A DNA stretch of 64,000 bases, from contig CAZXAK010000007.1 in assembly GCA_964638145.1 (NCBI GenBank), positions 151,757 to 215,756 on the forward strand. Reading direction: 5' to 3'. The DNA comes from an uncultured Desulfobacterales bacterium. Its GTDB lineage: Bacteria > Desulfobacterota > Dissulfuribacteria > Dissulfuribacterales > QOAL01. Under the pieces are notes generated by a model, which made no database searches, was not told the origin of the DNA, and saw only the letters and a list, made by a program, of their open reading frames with translations. Both the position numbers and the translations under genes were made by a program. Positions 55,929 through 64,000 of this stretch are shown one piece after another (within the stretch, counting starts at the first letter, position 1; each line of letters opens with the position of its first letter).

Positions 55929-57645
55929 AATGTCTTCGTCGGAAAAGGGCTTAAGGCTCTATGAAAGGTTATTCTGTGCCCCTTGGCCTTTGCTGTTCTG
56001 GTGCACGGCAGCATTCCTGCTCTTCTTTTATCTGGGGTATCGTTCCCTATGGGGGTCTGAGGGTAGATGGGCAGAGATCGCAAGGGAAATGATGATTTCC
56101 GGCGACTACTTTCACCCTACAATCAACTGGGAACCATATTTTGACAAGCCTCTGTTTACATACTGGGTTATTGTTGTTGCATCCTGGATAACAGGAGGCC
56201 TAAATGAGTTTACTGCAAGGTTTCCCGGAGCGCTTGCCGGTCTTGTTACTCTCTGGGCAACCATATCGCTGGGTACCAGGTTATTTTCAAAACGTACCGG
56301 CTATTTTGCCGCATGGATACTCCTTACCTCCTATGGGTTCATCTTCTGGTCCCGCACTGCCTGTGCTGATATTGAAAACGTGGCCTTCATACTACTCGCT
56401 GTTCTGTGGTACTGGAATCGCAGGGAAATGCCCGGTTTTGTATCTTATGCAGTTTTTTACCTTATATGTGCTGTGGGTGCTCACTTCAAGGGGCTTCCGG
56501 CAGCAGTGCTGCCAGGTTTGATATGTCTTCCGGATGTGCTGCGTGCTGGAAGGTGGCGACGTTACCTCTCTCTGTCTCACGCTGCCGCGATCTGTCTTGG
56601 AACGGCCCTGTACCTTGCCCCCTTTATTTACGCCGCTTACACTGCGGGTAATTACGGTGAAAATGGTCTGTACATGGTGTTCAGAGAGAATATCCTGCGC
56701 TTTTTCAGTGCGTTCGACCACCAGGAGCCTTTTTACGTTTATATGTATTATGTACCAATGCTGTTTCTGCCTTGGACTCCGCTCCTTGTTACAGCCCTTT
56801 TTGATGCAGCCATGCGTTACCGTCAGGCAGACATTTTGCACAAATGGTTGGTGGAGGCCACGGTAATAGTCTTTTTAATCTATACCCTGTCCGAATCCAG
56901 GCGCAGTTACTACATCCTTCCCATAATGCCGTTTTGTGCAATTGCCGCAGGTAATTTCCTTGCAGGGGCAGGACGCAGGACATGGGTTAGGAAGGCCTTG
57001 GCAGCGCAGTTGTTCTTCATGATATTTCTTGTTGCAACAGAGATCCTGGCCCCGGTTATCTCTCCTGTTATCACGAAGTTCACAGGCATTGTGCCGCCAG
57101 AAGGCCTTGTATCATCCCTGTTCCTGACAGGAACTGCGGCAATGATGCTTCTCATCCTGTTATGGAAGAAAGACATTCCCGGTTGCCAGTACAGCGGCTT
57201 GGAAGGCGCCGTTTATCAGCGATCGGTTGCCGCAGCCCTGGCAGCTACTGTAATACTTTCTTCAGGTTTCTACTGCTGTCAGCAGAATATACTTGAAAAA
57301 TACCGGCGGCACAGGACATTTCTTAAACAGGTTCGGCAGGTTATGGGAGATGTGTCGCCTTCCAGCGTGGCGCTGAACAAGAATATTGCCTGGGTCGTGT
57401 TTTACCTGGGGTTTGATGGGCCGGTATCCGTGCTTGAAACCTCTAAGGATGTGGCAGATTTCATGTCAGCCAGTGGGAAACGGTTTCTTATTGTCCAGAG
57501 AAGGGCACTGAAAAAAGCCTTTTCCATTATGCCTGAGGAGATGAAACATAATCCGTTTATGGCCTCAAAATTGTATCCAGGCCAGCGCAGAACAAAGATG
57601 CAGCTTTTGATGTGGAGGCTTGATGGCCCCGTTGCAGTTCCTTAA
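55921..57645 (+). CDS. Family 39 glycosyltransferase (ArnT/PMT-like, undecaprenyl-phosphate-sugar dependent)
   Basis: 574 aa and polytopic. The N-terminal signature is EGRWAEIAREMMISGDYFHPTINWEPYFDKPLFTYW. It overlaps the GT4 stop by 8 nt. Confidence 0.8.
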   Translation: MPEMSSSEKGLRLYERLFCAPWPLLFWCTAAFLLFFYLGYRSLWGSEGRWAEIAREMMISGDYFHPTINWEPYFDKPLFTYWVIVVASWITGGLNEFTARFPGALAGLVTLWATISLGTRLFSKRTGYFAAWILLTSYGFIFWSRTACADIENVAFILLAVLWYWNRREMPGFVSYAVFYLICAVGAHFKGLPAAVLPGLICLPDVLRAGRWRRYLSLSHAAAICLGTALYLAPFIYAAYTAGNYGENGLYMVFRENILRFFSAFDHQEPFYVYMYYVPMLFLPWTPLLVTALFDAAMRYRQADILHKWLVEATVIVFLIYTLSESRRSYYILPIMPFCAIAAGNFLAGAGRRTWVRKALAAQLFFMIFLVATEILAPVISPVITKFTGIVPPEGLVSSLFLTGTAAMMLLILLWKKDIPGCQYSGLEGAVYQRSVAAALAATVILSSGFYCCQQNILEKYRRHRTFLKQVRQVMGDVSPSSVALNKNIAWVVFYLGFDGPVSVLETSKDVADFMSASGKRFLIVQRRALKKAFSIMPEEMKHNPFMASKLYPGQRRTKMQLLMWRLDGPVAVP

Positions 57646-57668
57646 CGGTTAATTTGGTATCTGATGAT

Positions 57669-59024
57669 TCAATTTATTGATTTTTCAATATTTTTTATGT
57701 CAGGGTGTTCGGCCATGGCATAGCCTGTAGGAATGGCGGTAAATAGCCAGTATGCAGTTGATGCCCCATGGCGGAATCCGTATGTGGTCATCTGTACTAA
57801 CCAGAACATGAACATATATACAAGGGCAGTGGCCATTATAATTTTTATGTCTTCTGATCTGGTAGTTTTGAAACATTTCCAGAACATCATGGCCTGAGCT
57901 CCTATTACCAGTATTAGTGCTATTGAGCCCTGAATACCCGTTTCACAGGCAAAATTTAGTAGAATGTTGTGGGGATGGGCAAGGTTCAGTTTTTTGTGTA
58001 GCTCAGGATATGCCTCCTTAATATTTCTTTTCCCAAATCCTACCCCCAAAAAAGGATGTTTCATTATTTTTTCGCCATAGAGTTTTATGCACATGAGCCT
58101 TAACGGGATAGCACCGGTTTTTTGCGATGAAATATCTCCACGCATTATTTTTTTCCAGTCTTCATGCAGAAAATAGTGAGCTTTATTTGAAGAGATTATG
58201 GCGGTTGCCACTATAATTACTGTCAGTAGAGCAAGGACAGAGGCTATCATAGTTTTTTTGGCTGATTTGCGGTTAAGTAGGCCGGTCATGCCCATGCCGA
58301 GTATTGAGGCAAGTATTGCCCCACGCCTTATAGTTGAAATAAGGGTGAGCATATTTGTACAGGTCATTAATATGTTTAAAATTCTGTCTCTGTTCCAGAT
58401 CAATGGGACAAAAGCAGCGCTGAGCCCTAACAAGAGGAATAAACATGTATGTTTTGTATCATGCACCAGCAAGTTTGCGTTACCGTATCTGAAGATAATG
58501 TCGGATATGTGTCCAGCGATGCTGGATATATACCCTCTGTACTTCGGATCTATAAGCCAAGGATGTTGGGGATGTAGTATCCATTGCATCAAAGTACCTA
58601 TGTAAAGCAGGAGAAATATGGCATTAGTAAAAAGTATCAGCTTCAACCAGTCTGTTTTCCTGTGTCTGGTGGCGCAGTATGTTGCTAATGAGAAGTAGAC
58701 CAGAAGGTTTAAAACGATTTCCACCAAAAATTGCCTGAATGAATATGTCGGATTGATGCTTGTAATAATGGATATTCCAACTGCCAATGCAAAAAGCCCA
58801 ATCATCCACGTTACCGGAGAGGCAAGGAGTATGATTCTGAATGAATTGTTTTGGGAACGTGATCTTCTGATATGCAAAATACACACTACCACCAACAGTA
58901 GTGAAAGAATATATTTCCCGGTTGGACCCAACCCTAATGGTAGATAAAGCATGTGCAGAGTAAAGAGCAGAGGAACCGCCAATTCAGGCCATGTATAATT
59001 AATGTTTTTCATTTGTATGTTCAA
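57669..59024 (-). CDS. O-antigen ligase / Wzy_C-family polymerase-ligase
   Basis: 451 aa with more than 10 TM helices. The periplasmic loop motif is HPHNILLNFACETGIQGS. Confidence 0.75.
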   Translation of the reverse strand: MNIQMKNINYTWPELAVPLLFTLHMLYLPLGLGPTGKYILSLLLVVVCILHIRRSRSQNNSFRIILLASPVTWMIGLFALAVGISIITSINPTYSFRQFLVEIVLNLLVYFSLATYCATRHRKTDWLKLILFTNAIFLLLYIGTLMQWILHPQHPWLIDPKYRGYISSIAGHISDIIFRYGNANLLVHDTKHTCLFLLLGLSAAFVPLIWNRDRILNILMTCTNMLTLISTIRRGAILASILGMGMTGLLNRKSAKKTMIASVLALLTVIIVATAIISSNKAHYFLHEDWKKIMRGDISSQKTGAIPLRLMCIKLYGEKIMKHPFLGVGFGKRNIKEAYPELHKKLNLAHPHNILLNFACETGIQGSIALILVIGAQAMMFWKCFKTTRSEDIKIIMATALVYMFMFWLVQMTTYGFRHGASTAYWLFTAIPTGYAMAEHPDIKNIEKSIN

Positions 59025-59246
59025 TATTCAAGTTTGGTTGTTGTTTGTCATATTGATAACAAATATCTTTTAATAAGAAGTAGCAAACAGGACAGATACT
59101 ATGTTCACATTTGGTTGTGACTAATATATATTTTAACCTATACAGATATCGAGATGTAATGTTGACACTGAACTACAATTCTTCTCTACGTTATAGGTAG
59201 TTAATTCGATTTATGAACTTTGGTCTGAAATAGTAAGGTAAGAGGG

Positions 59247-60560
59247 TTATCTCAGTATTTTACAGGCAATATTATAGAGCCCCATAGAGTTAAGGTTTTT
59301 TTTGTCAGCATTCACTTCGTATACGGTTTTGAGATATGTTATGAGCTTTTCAAGTTTGATTGGGTCAGGTGGCCTGTTGAGGGCATTATTCATTGTTGAT
59401 GGGAGTTCTTCCAGATTTTCAGGCTTGTGAACAAGGTTTGACAGGCAGTAGAAAAGCGGTCCTAAGGTGACAACGGGTTTGTTTTTTTGCAACGCCTCAA
59501 AACCTGCAAGCGAATTGAAGGTGAGTAGCAGTGAAGTAGTATTCAGAAGTTGATCCATATTGAATTTTCTGAGAAAGATTACGTTGGGGTAACGCGATGT
59601 GAAAGCATCAGATATTATAAATGGCCTCAGAGGGTGTTCCTTTATGACTAAGGCATAATTATGACCATAATATGCGTTCATTCTGTCAACTGCCTTGATG
59701 GCGATTTCGGAAAGATGCTCCATGTCTCTGATTTCAAATGGATTTGGTACTTCCTTTAGTATTTCGTTGCCTTGTAGGGGTAGCAATATGAATTTTCCAG
59801 GAATCTTTGCTGAATCAGGTTGCATACTTCTTATTCGTTTTTTTCTGAGACGGTTTCTGATTGCTGAAGTAATATTTTTCCTCGGTCTGAGAACTGCAGA
59901 AATTTGATGTTCGTTTCGGGTTGCTGCTTGGAAAAGCTTTGTGATGTACATCTTCCATGCAGGTATTTTTTTTAACTTGATATTTTCAGCCTCATGAAAT
60001 TCAAGATTGCATGGTTCTCTCTTATACTTATCTGCTGCATTAATATCGAAATTTTTTAGCCGTTTCTCCCATGCTTCACAATCATTGAAAAGTATTCTTT
60101 CAGGCGCAACGCTTATGGTTTTCCCTCTGAAAAACCCTGAAGAAAAGTAATAGATTCTGATTCCGCACTGCTTTGCAGCATGCTGGGCCGCTGCGGTGTC
60201 GAGAAAATTACGTTCATGTACCACGCAGATATCGGTACCACAGTTTCGGTAATGGTGTTGAAAGAGTCGCGAACATGCAAGGAAAATCCGTGCTATCCTT
60301 TCCCTTTCTTCTGGGGATGACGCGGTGACATATCCTCCTATGCCTGAAAGAAAGTTGTGGTATTCCTCCTGATCAACAGGATCAGATGGTATGAATTCAT
60401 GGATTTTTTTGTGAATTTCAAGCGGAGATTCCCTGTTTTGGCGAAAGAACATGCTGTCTGCAGGAGATGCAGTAGCAAATTTTACATCAGCATAGTGCCT
60501 TAGATATTGGCCTGTGAAGAGGTCAAAGCGTTTTTTTGAACTTATGAACAGTATTTTCAT
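59247..60560 (-). CDS. Capsule polysaccharide biosynthesis (KpsS/KpsC-like, Capsule_synth) family protein
   Basis: 437 aa. The pattern FILLPLQGNE...VIKEHPL...VIFLRKFNMDQLL...TFNSLAGFEALQKNKPVVTLG resembles the Capsule_synth fold. This is pattern recognition only. Confidence 0.55.
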   Translation of the reverse strand: MKILFISSKKRFDLFTGQYLRHYADVKFATASPADSMFFRQNRESPLEIHKKIHEFIPSDPVDQEEYHNFLSGIGGYVTASSPEERERIARIFLACSRLFQHHYRNCGTDICVVHERNFLDTAAAQHAAKQCGIRIYYFSSGFFRGKTISVAPERILFNDCEAWEKRLKNFDINAADKYKREPCNLEFHEAENIKLKKIPAWKMYITKLFQAATRNEHQISAVLRPRKNITSAIRNRLRKKRIRSMQPDSAKIPGKFILLPLQGNEILKEVPNPFEIRDMEHLSEIAIKAVDRMNAYYGHNYALVIKEHPLRPFIISDAFTSRYPNVIFLRKFNMDQLLNTTSLLLTFNSLAGFEALQKNKPVVTLGPLFYCLSNLVHKPENLEELPSTMNNALNRPPDPIKLEKLITYLKTVYEVNADKKNLNSMGLYNIACKILR

Positions 60561-61696
60561 GGATTGCTATTTTCCTCTTTGAACCTTGCGATGACTTTAC
60601 TGTAGATATGAACAGTTTTTACAGCAGACTGTTCCCACGAAAACATCGAAAGTCTTGCTTTACCTTCCTGTATCTTTTCATTTACAATTTTCTTGTTTTC
60701 AAGAATTACTTTGATTGCTTCCTTGATTGAGTTAATATTTTTAGGATCGACCAGCAGCGCTGCATCACCTGCGATCTCTGGCATGGATGATATTGATGAG
60801 GTTATTACAGGTACTCCTGCAGCAAAACCTTCAAGTATCGGCAGACCAAATCCTTCATAAAGACTTGTAAAGACAAGTCCAGAGCTGCAGGCAAGCCACG
60901 TCATAATATCATCCACCTCACCAGGATTGAATATGTTTCCGGTTTTAGGAAGGGTCATATTTTCAGGAAGCCTTCCAAGTATAATGAGTGCTGTGTCATT
61001 TATGCGAGATTCATTCACTGCGTTGATAAACGCCTCTGCTATGCGAGGTATATTTTTCCTGGAGTCCTTGGACGAAATGGCTACAAGGAACCGTTTGTGG
61101 TCAGTGCCAAGTCCCTTCATTAAGGATGCGCGGATAGTGTCCCTGTCCATAGAGTCAATCTGTTCCGGGGAGATATTACAAGCCAAGTGGACTACATCAA
61201 TTTTTTCTTCAGGAATGCGGAAGAATTTTATAAGGTCCTGCTTAGTGGATTCTGAAACGGCAATGAAGTGGTCGGCCCTTTGTACCGCCTTTTCAAACTT
61301 TTTGGTTTTGGATGCTGGGTATAGTTCCGGAAGCACGTACCTGCGCAGGTCATGGACTGTAAGGATGGCAGGCCTATTTCGTGAAGGCGGCATGAAGTGG
61401 TGAAAGCTGTGAAACAGGTGGTAGTTACCTGTAAAAAGGTTGATGTCCGGAAATGGTATAAAATTCCATATATTCTGCAGCCATCTGAATTTGAATCTTA
61501 CAGGACATGTAATGGCCCACGGACCGAGCTTTGATTCCAATTCATGGGCCTGGAAGCTTAATTTTTTTTGATACAGTAGAATCATCCGAGGCGGATTTTT
61601 AATACTGTCCATGCCCTTTAGAAGGCCGCTACCAAATGTGTAGAATCCTGAATAGCGGTTTCTTATAACCGCATCAAGGTCAAAGACTACTTTCAA
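60557..61696 (-). CDS. GT-B glycosyltransferase (group 1/family 4)
   Basis: VFTSLYEGFGLPILEGFAAGVPVITS is the EX7E region. It overlaps the downstream gene by 4 nt. Confidence 0.85.
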   Translation of the reverse strand: MKVVFDLDAVIRNRYSGFYTFGSGLLKGMDSIKNPPRMILLYQKKLSFQAHELESKLGPWAITCPVRFKFRWLQNIWNFIPFPDINLFTGNYHLFHSFHHFMPPSRNRPAILTVHDLRRYVLPELYPASKTKKFEKAVQRADHFIAVSESTKQDLIKFFRIPEEKIDVVHLACNISPEQIDSMDRDTIRASLMKGLGTDHKRFLVAISSKDSRKNIPRIAEAFINAVNESRINDTALIILGRLPENMTLPKTGNIFNPGEVDDIMTWLACSSGLVFTSLYEGFGLPILEGFAAGVPVITSSISSMPEIAGDAALLVDPKNINSIKEAIKVILENKKIVNEKIQEGKARLSMFSWEQSAVKTVHIYSKVIARFKEENSNP

Positions 61697-61780
61697 TTAG
61701 AATTCCCCAATTCCTGTATTGGACAGGTTTTGTTTGTGAAAATTTGTGAAATACGTTTATATGCTCTTCGTTTACAATTT

Positions 61781-61939
61781 CCTGAACTGGGAATCCCGCA
61801 GCGGTTTCAAATTATGTAGAAAGCAAAACAGTTACAGCAAACCCGTTGGGTGACGGGTAATTTTACAAAAAAACAGCATTAATTTGCTGTAATTAAAGAC
61901 AAAACAAGATTTCACATGATTTGAAACGCTCAATTCAGG
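61781..61939. mobile_element. MITE copy 3 (159 bp; module B only)
   Basis: It begins CCTGAACTGGGAATCCCGC and ends GAAACGCTCAATTCAGG. Its interior matches the right half of 44431-44706. Confidence 0.8.
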
Positions 61940-61947
61940 AATTTATT

Positions 61948-62769
61948 TCATGTCAGGTTCATGTATCTCCGTCTGTGGTGCCTCTCTATACGGAGTGCCT
62001 TTTGCTCAATGACATCAAGCATCCCCTTCTCTCTCAAATCTTTGCCATATGCCCGGTTGTAGGCGGTGATGAACCTGGCAATATCAAGCTTGCCCACGTG
62101 GCTGTAAGCAGAAAACAGGAGTTGAGCCAGGTCCTTTATTCTCCATCTGTCCGGGAGTCTCTTTTCCATTATGAGTCTCTGCAAATCAATTATAAAAATG
62201 CGGTCGTCCTGTTCTTCCTGTATGAATACGTGTACAAGGTAGAAGTCCTGGTGAGCAAAGCCATATCTGTGCATCCTGCCGGCAATGGTGCCGATTTGAC
62301 TGACAAGTTTGTGCCTGCGGCTAATACTCAGATCATCCTGTCTTACAAGTTCTGATGCCCTGGTGTAGTCTGTGATGCCAAGAGTCAGGTTGCAGGTATG
62401 TCTCCCGTGTCTCGCTGCTGCAATAGGTGTCATTGTTGGCAGTCCTCTTTCATGAAATGCGAGGATTGCCTGCCATTCGTGCAGCCCGTCAAAGACTCTG
62501 GGTTTTTTGAAGGACAAAAGTGCTTTCAAGGTATTTCTGAATGTCCAGGGCTGGTAGCGTTTTATGTATGTTTCTACCAGGCCCTCTCCTTCCATGGGTT
62601 CAAGAAGCACCTTGCCAGTACCCCTGTCAGGTACAGTCTCTTTTACCCCCTGGCTCTTCACAGTCCACAGTGCCTGGGCGGTTGTTATGTCGTTGTGGCG
62701 CAGGAGCCTTGCAAATGCGCTGTTTACAGTCAGCCTGCCGTTATCCCATATTTCCGTTTGTATTTTCAC
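61948..62769 (-). CDS. Lipopolysaccharide kinase (Kdo/WaaP/InaA) family protein
   Basis: 273 aa with the catalytic region GRMHRYGFAHQDFYLVHVFI...IFIIDLQR. Confidence 0.8.
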   Translation of the reverse strand: MKIQTEIWDNGRLTVNSAFARLLRHNDITTAQALWTVKSQGVKETVPDRGTGKVLLEPMEGEGLVETYIKRYQPWTFRNTLKALLSFKKPRVFDGLHEWQAILAFHERGLPTMTPIAAARHGRHTCNLTLGITDYTRASELVRQDDLSISRRHKLVSQIGTIAGRMHRYGFAHQDFYLVHVFIQEEQDDRIFIIDLQRLIMEKRLPDRWRIKDLAQLLFSAYSHVGKLDIARFITAYNRAYGKDLREKGMLDVIEQKALRIERHHRRRYMNLT

Positions 62770-64000
62770 TTAGGTCCTGTTAGGTGTGGGTTCCGGTTGC
62801 AGCTTTGGATAAATTTTCGTTTAAACATGCGGTTAAGCTTGTCCTCAACAAACTCTTTTCTCTTCCCCCATGGTACATGAATACGTATGTATTCGGACAG
62901 AAGCACCTCTGTGACATTGTCTGCAATATGTCTTTCAGTCAACGATTTGCTGAGAGATACTGCCATGCATACAATGTCTTTCATGCGTTGCCTGTCTGTT
63001 ACTCTTTTCATAAGACATGTACTGTCAATATCAAAGAATCTGGTTATCCTGCCGCGGGGATCAGTGATAAAATTTGTGATTTTACAGTCACCATGAAATA
63101 CTCCACGTTGATGCACATTCCATATCTCCATGGCAAGACGCCTGATCAATGTGCCTGAGGCCTGCTGATGCCCCAGACAGTTACAGATAACATCTTTCCA
63201 GGACTGTACAGCCGCATCGTTATCCCATTCATAGATCAGGGCACCATAGAACCTGTTCCATGGATTCCAGTGCTGGATTACGGCAACTGGCATCATGACC
63301 GGGAGGTGGCGAAGTTTCAGCAGCCATGAGAGCCGCCAGATGCGGAGGGCCTTGCGCGGTCTCAGAAGGTATGAAGCAGACTTGAGATGGCCTGAACTCC
63401 TGTAGGCCTTGATAAAATATCTGCCATGTCCATCTATTATGTCAAGGCAAAGGGTGTGTTTCGAGTCCTTTACTATTCTGCATGATGCGATAAATGCCTC
63501 TGGATTGTGCATGAAGGAGGCAAGCAATTTTGTCGCTTCCGGTGGACAGGAGTAGCTGGAAATTGTGGAGAGCAGTCCATGTTTTTCCTTTTTCCAGGTC
63601 CCAGATACCTTTCTTAAACCTCTCCTGTTCCAATGGTGCCGCATGGAGCTGAATGCCTGCTTAACGATTATGTGACGTGTGTCCCTATATCTAAGTTCTT
63701 TATATGTCTTGGAAAGGAATGATGTGCATCTCATTATATCATTCAGGGGAACAGTCTCAATAAATGGGGGCAGCACAAAAGAGAGCTGTTTTAACCTTTT
63801 TGCGGCATCAAGGGGAATTCCCTTTTGGGTGACAGATGCCCTGTGAAGGTCAATAATGGTGAATTTGTGACTTTGTAGGTGAAAAAGGATGTTGTCCAGG
63901 TGAAAATCTGGCTGGTAGAGTCCTGCGAGGGATAGCTGCGTAAGGAAAAAGGCAAAATTTCTGCATGTTTCGGTTTTTGTGCTGAGAGACAACCCGGACC
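62766..64000 (-). CDS. Two-domain LPS-kinase-family protein (5' end probably beyond the right edge)
   Basis: Two kinase catalytic-loop-like segments are present, YQPDFHLDNILFHL...IIDLHR and GVFHGDCKITNFI...FFDIDS. The ORF is open to within 8 nt of the window end. Confidence 0.7.
   Translation of the reverse strand, partial: SGLSLSTKTETCRNFAFFLTQLSLAGLYQPDFHLDNILFHLQSHKFTIIDLHRASVTQKGIPLDAAKRLKQLSFVLPPFIETVPLNDIMRCTSFLSKTYKELRYRDTRHIIVKQAFSSMRHHWNRRGLRKVSGTWKKEKHGLLSTISSYSCPPEATKLLASFMHNPEAFIASCRIVKDSKHTLCLDIIDGHGRYFIKAYRSSGHLKSASYLLRPRKALRIWRLSWLLKLRHLPVMMPVAVIQHWNPWNRFYGALIYEWDNDAAVQSWKDVICNCLGHQQASGTLIRRLAMEIWNVHQRGVFHGDCKITNFITDPRGRITRFFDIDSTCLMKRVTDRQRMKDIVCMAVSLSKSLTERHIADNVTEVLLSEYIRIHVPWGKRKEFVEDKLNRMFKRKFIQSCNRNPHLTGPK

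Overview
This is a chromosomal window of about 50 genes. The content and synteny look deltaproteobacterial/Desulfobacterota-like, which is an inference from gene order and multihaem and sigma-54 content, not a database hit.

Ordinary core content:
- A TolC-MFP-RND efflux triplet.
- The fully conserved thrS-infC-rpmI-rplT-pheS-pheT-ihfA-merR block, plus pheA and tRNA-Val(GAC).
- greA, adenine deaminase, tsaE, PBP1A, yebC and ruvCAB.
- A TRAP transporter and a PaaK-like ligase.
- An LPS/O-antigen cluster.

Four things stand out.
1. At 34283-35629, two same-frame ORFs are separated only by one TGA, and an fdhF-like SECIS hairpin follows it. Read through, this gives a secreted 11-haem cytochrome c with a predicted selenocysteine. 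It heads an operon with two periplasmic rhodaneses and an outer-membrane beta-barrel, and a Cys-rich XRE regulator is encoded divergently.
2. At about 24.86-29.0 kb there are five stand-alone transcription units. Each has a palindromic TGTTGCAACA upstream site, a correctly spaced sigma-54 (-24 GG/-12 GC) promoter, a strong RBS, a 69-aa glycine-zipper membrane-protein paralogue and, for most, a terminator. One unit also carries a 97-aa divergent paralogue. I do not recognise this family, and no enhancer-binding protein gene is in the window.
3. Further sigma-54 promoters precede a secreted FN3/lectin-like repeat protein and a beta-helix/beta-propeller secreted pair.
4. There are two interspersed non-coding repeat families (a modular TIR-bounded MITE and a 157-bp structured repeat) and a low-G+C LPS island.

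I saw no rRNA, CRISPR array or transposase gene.
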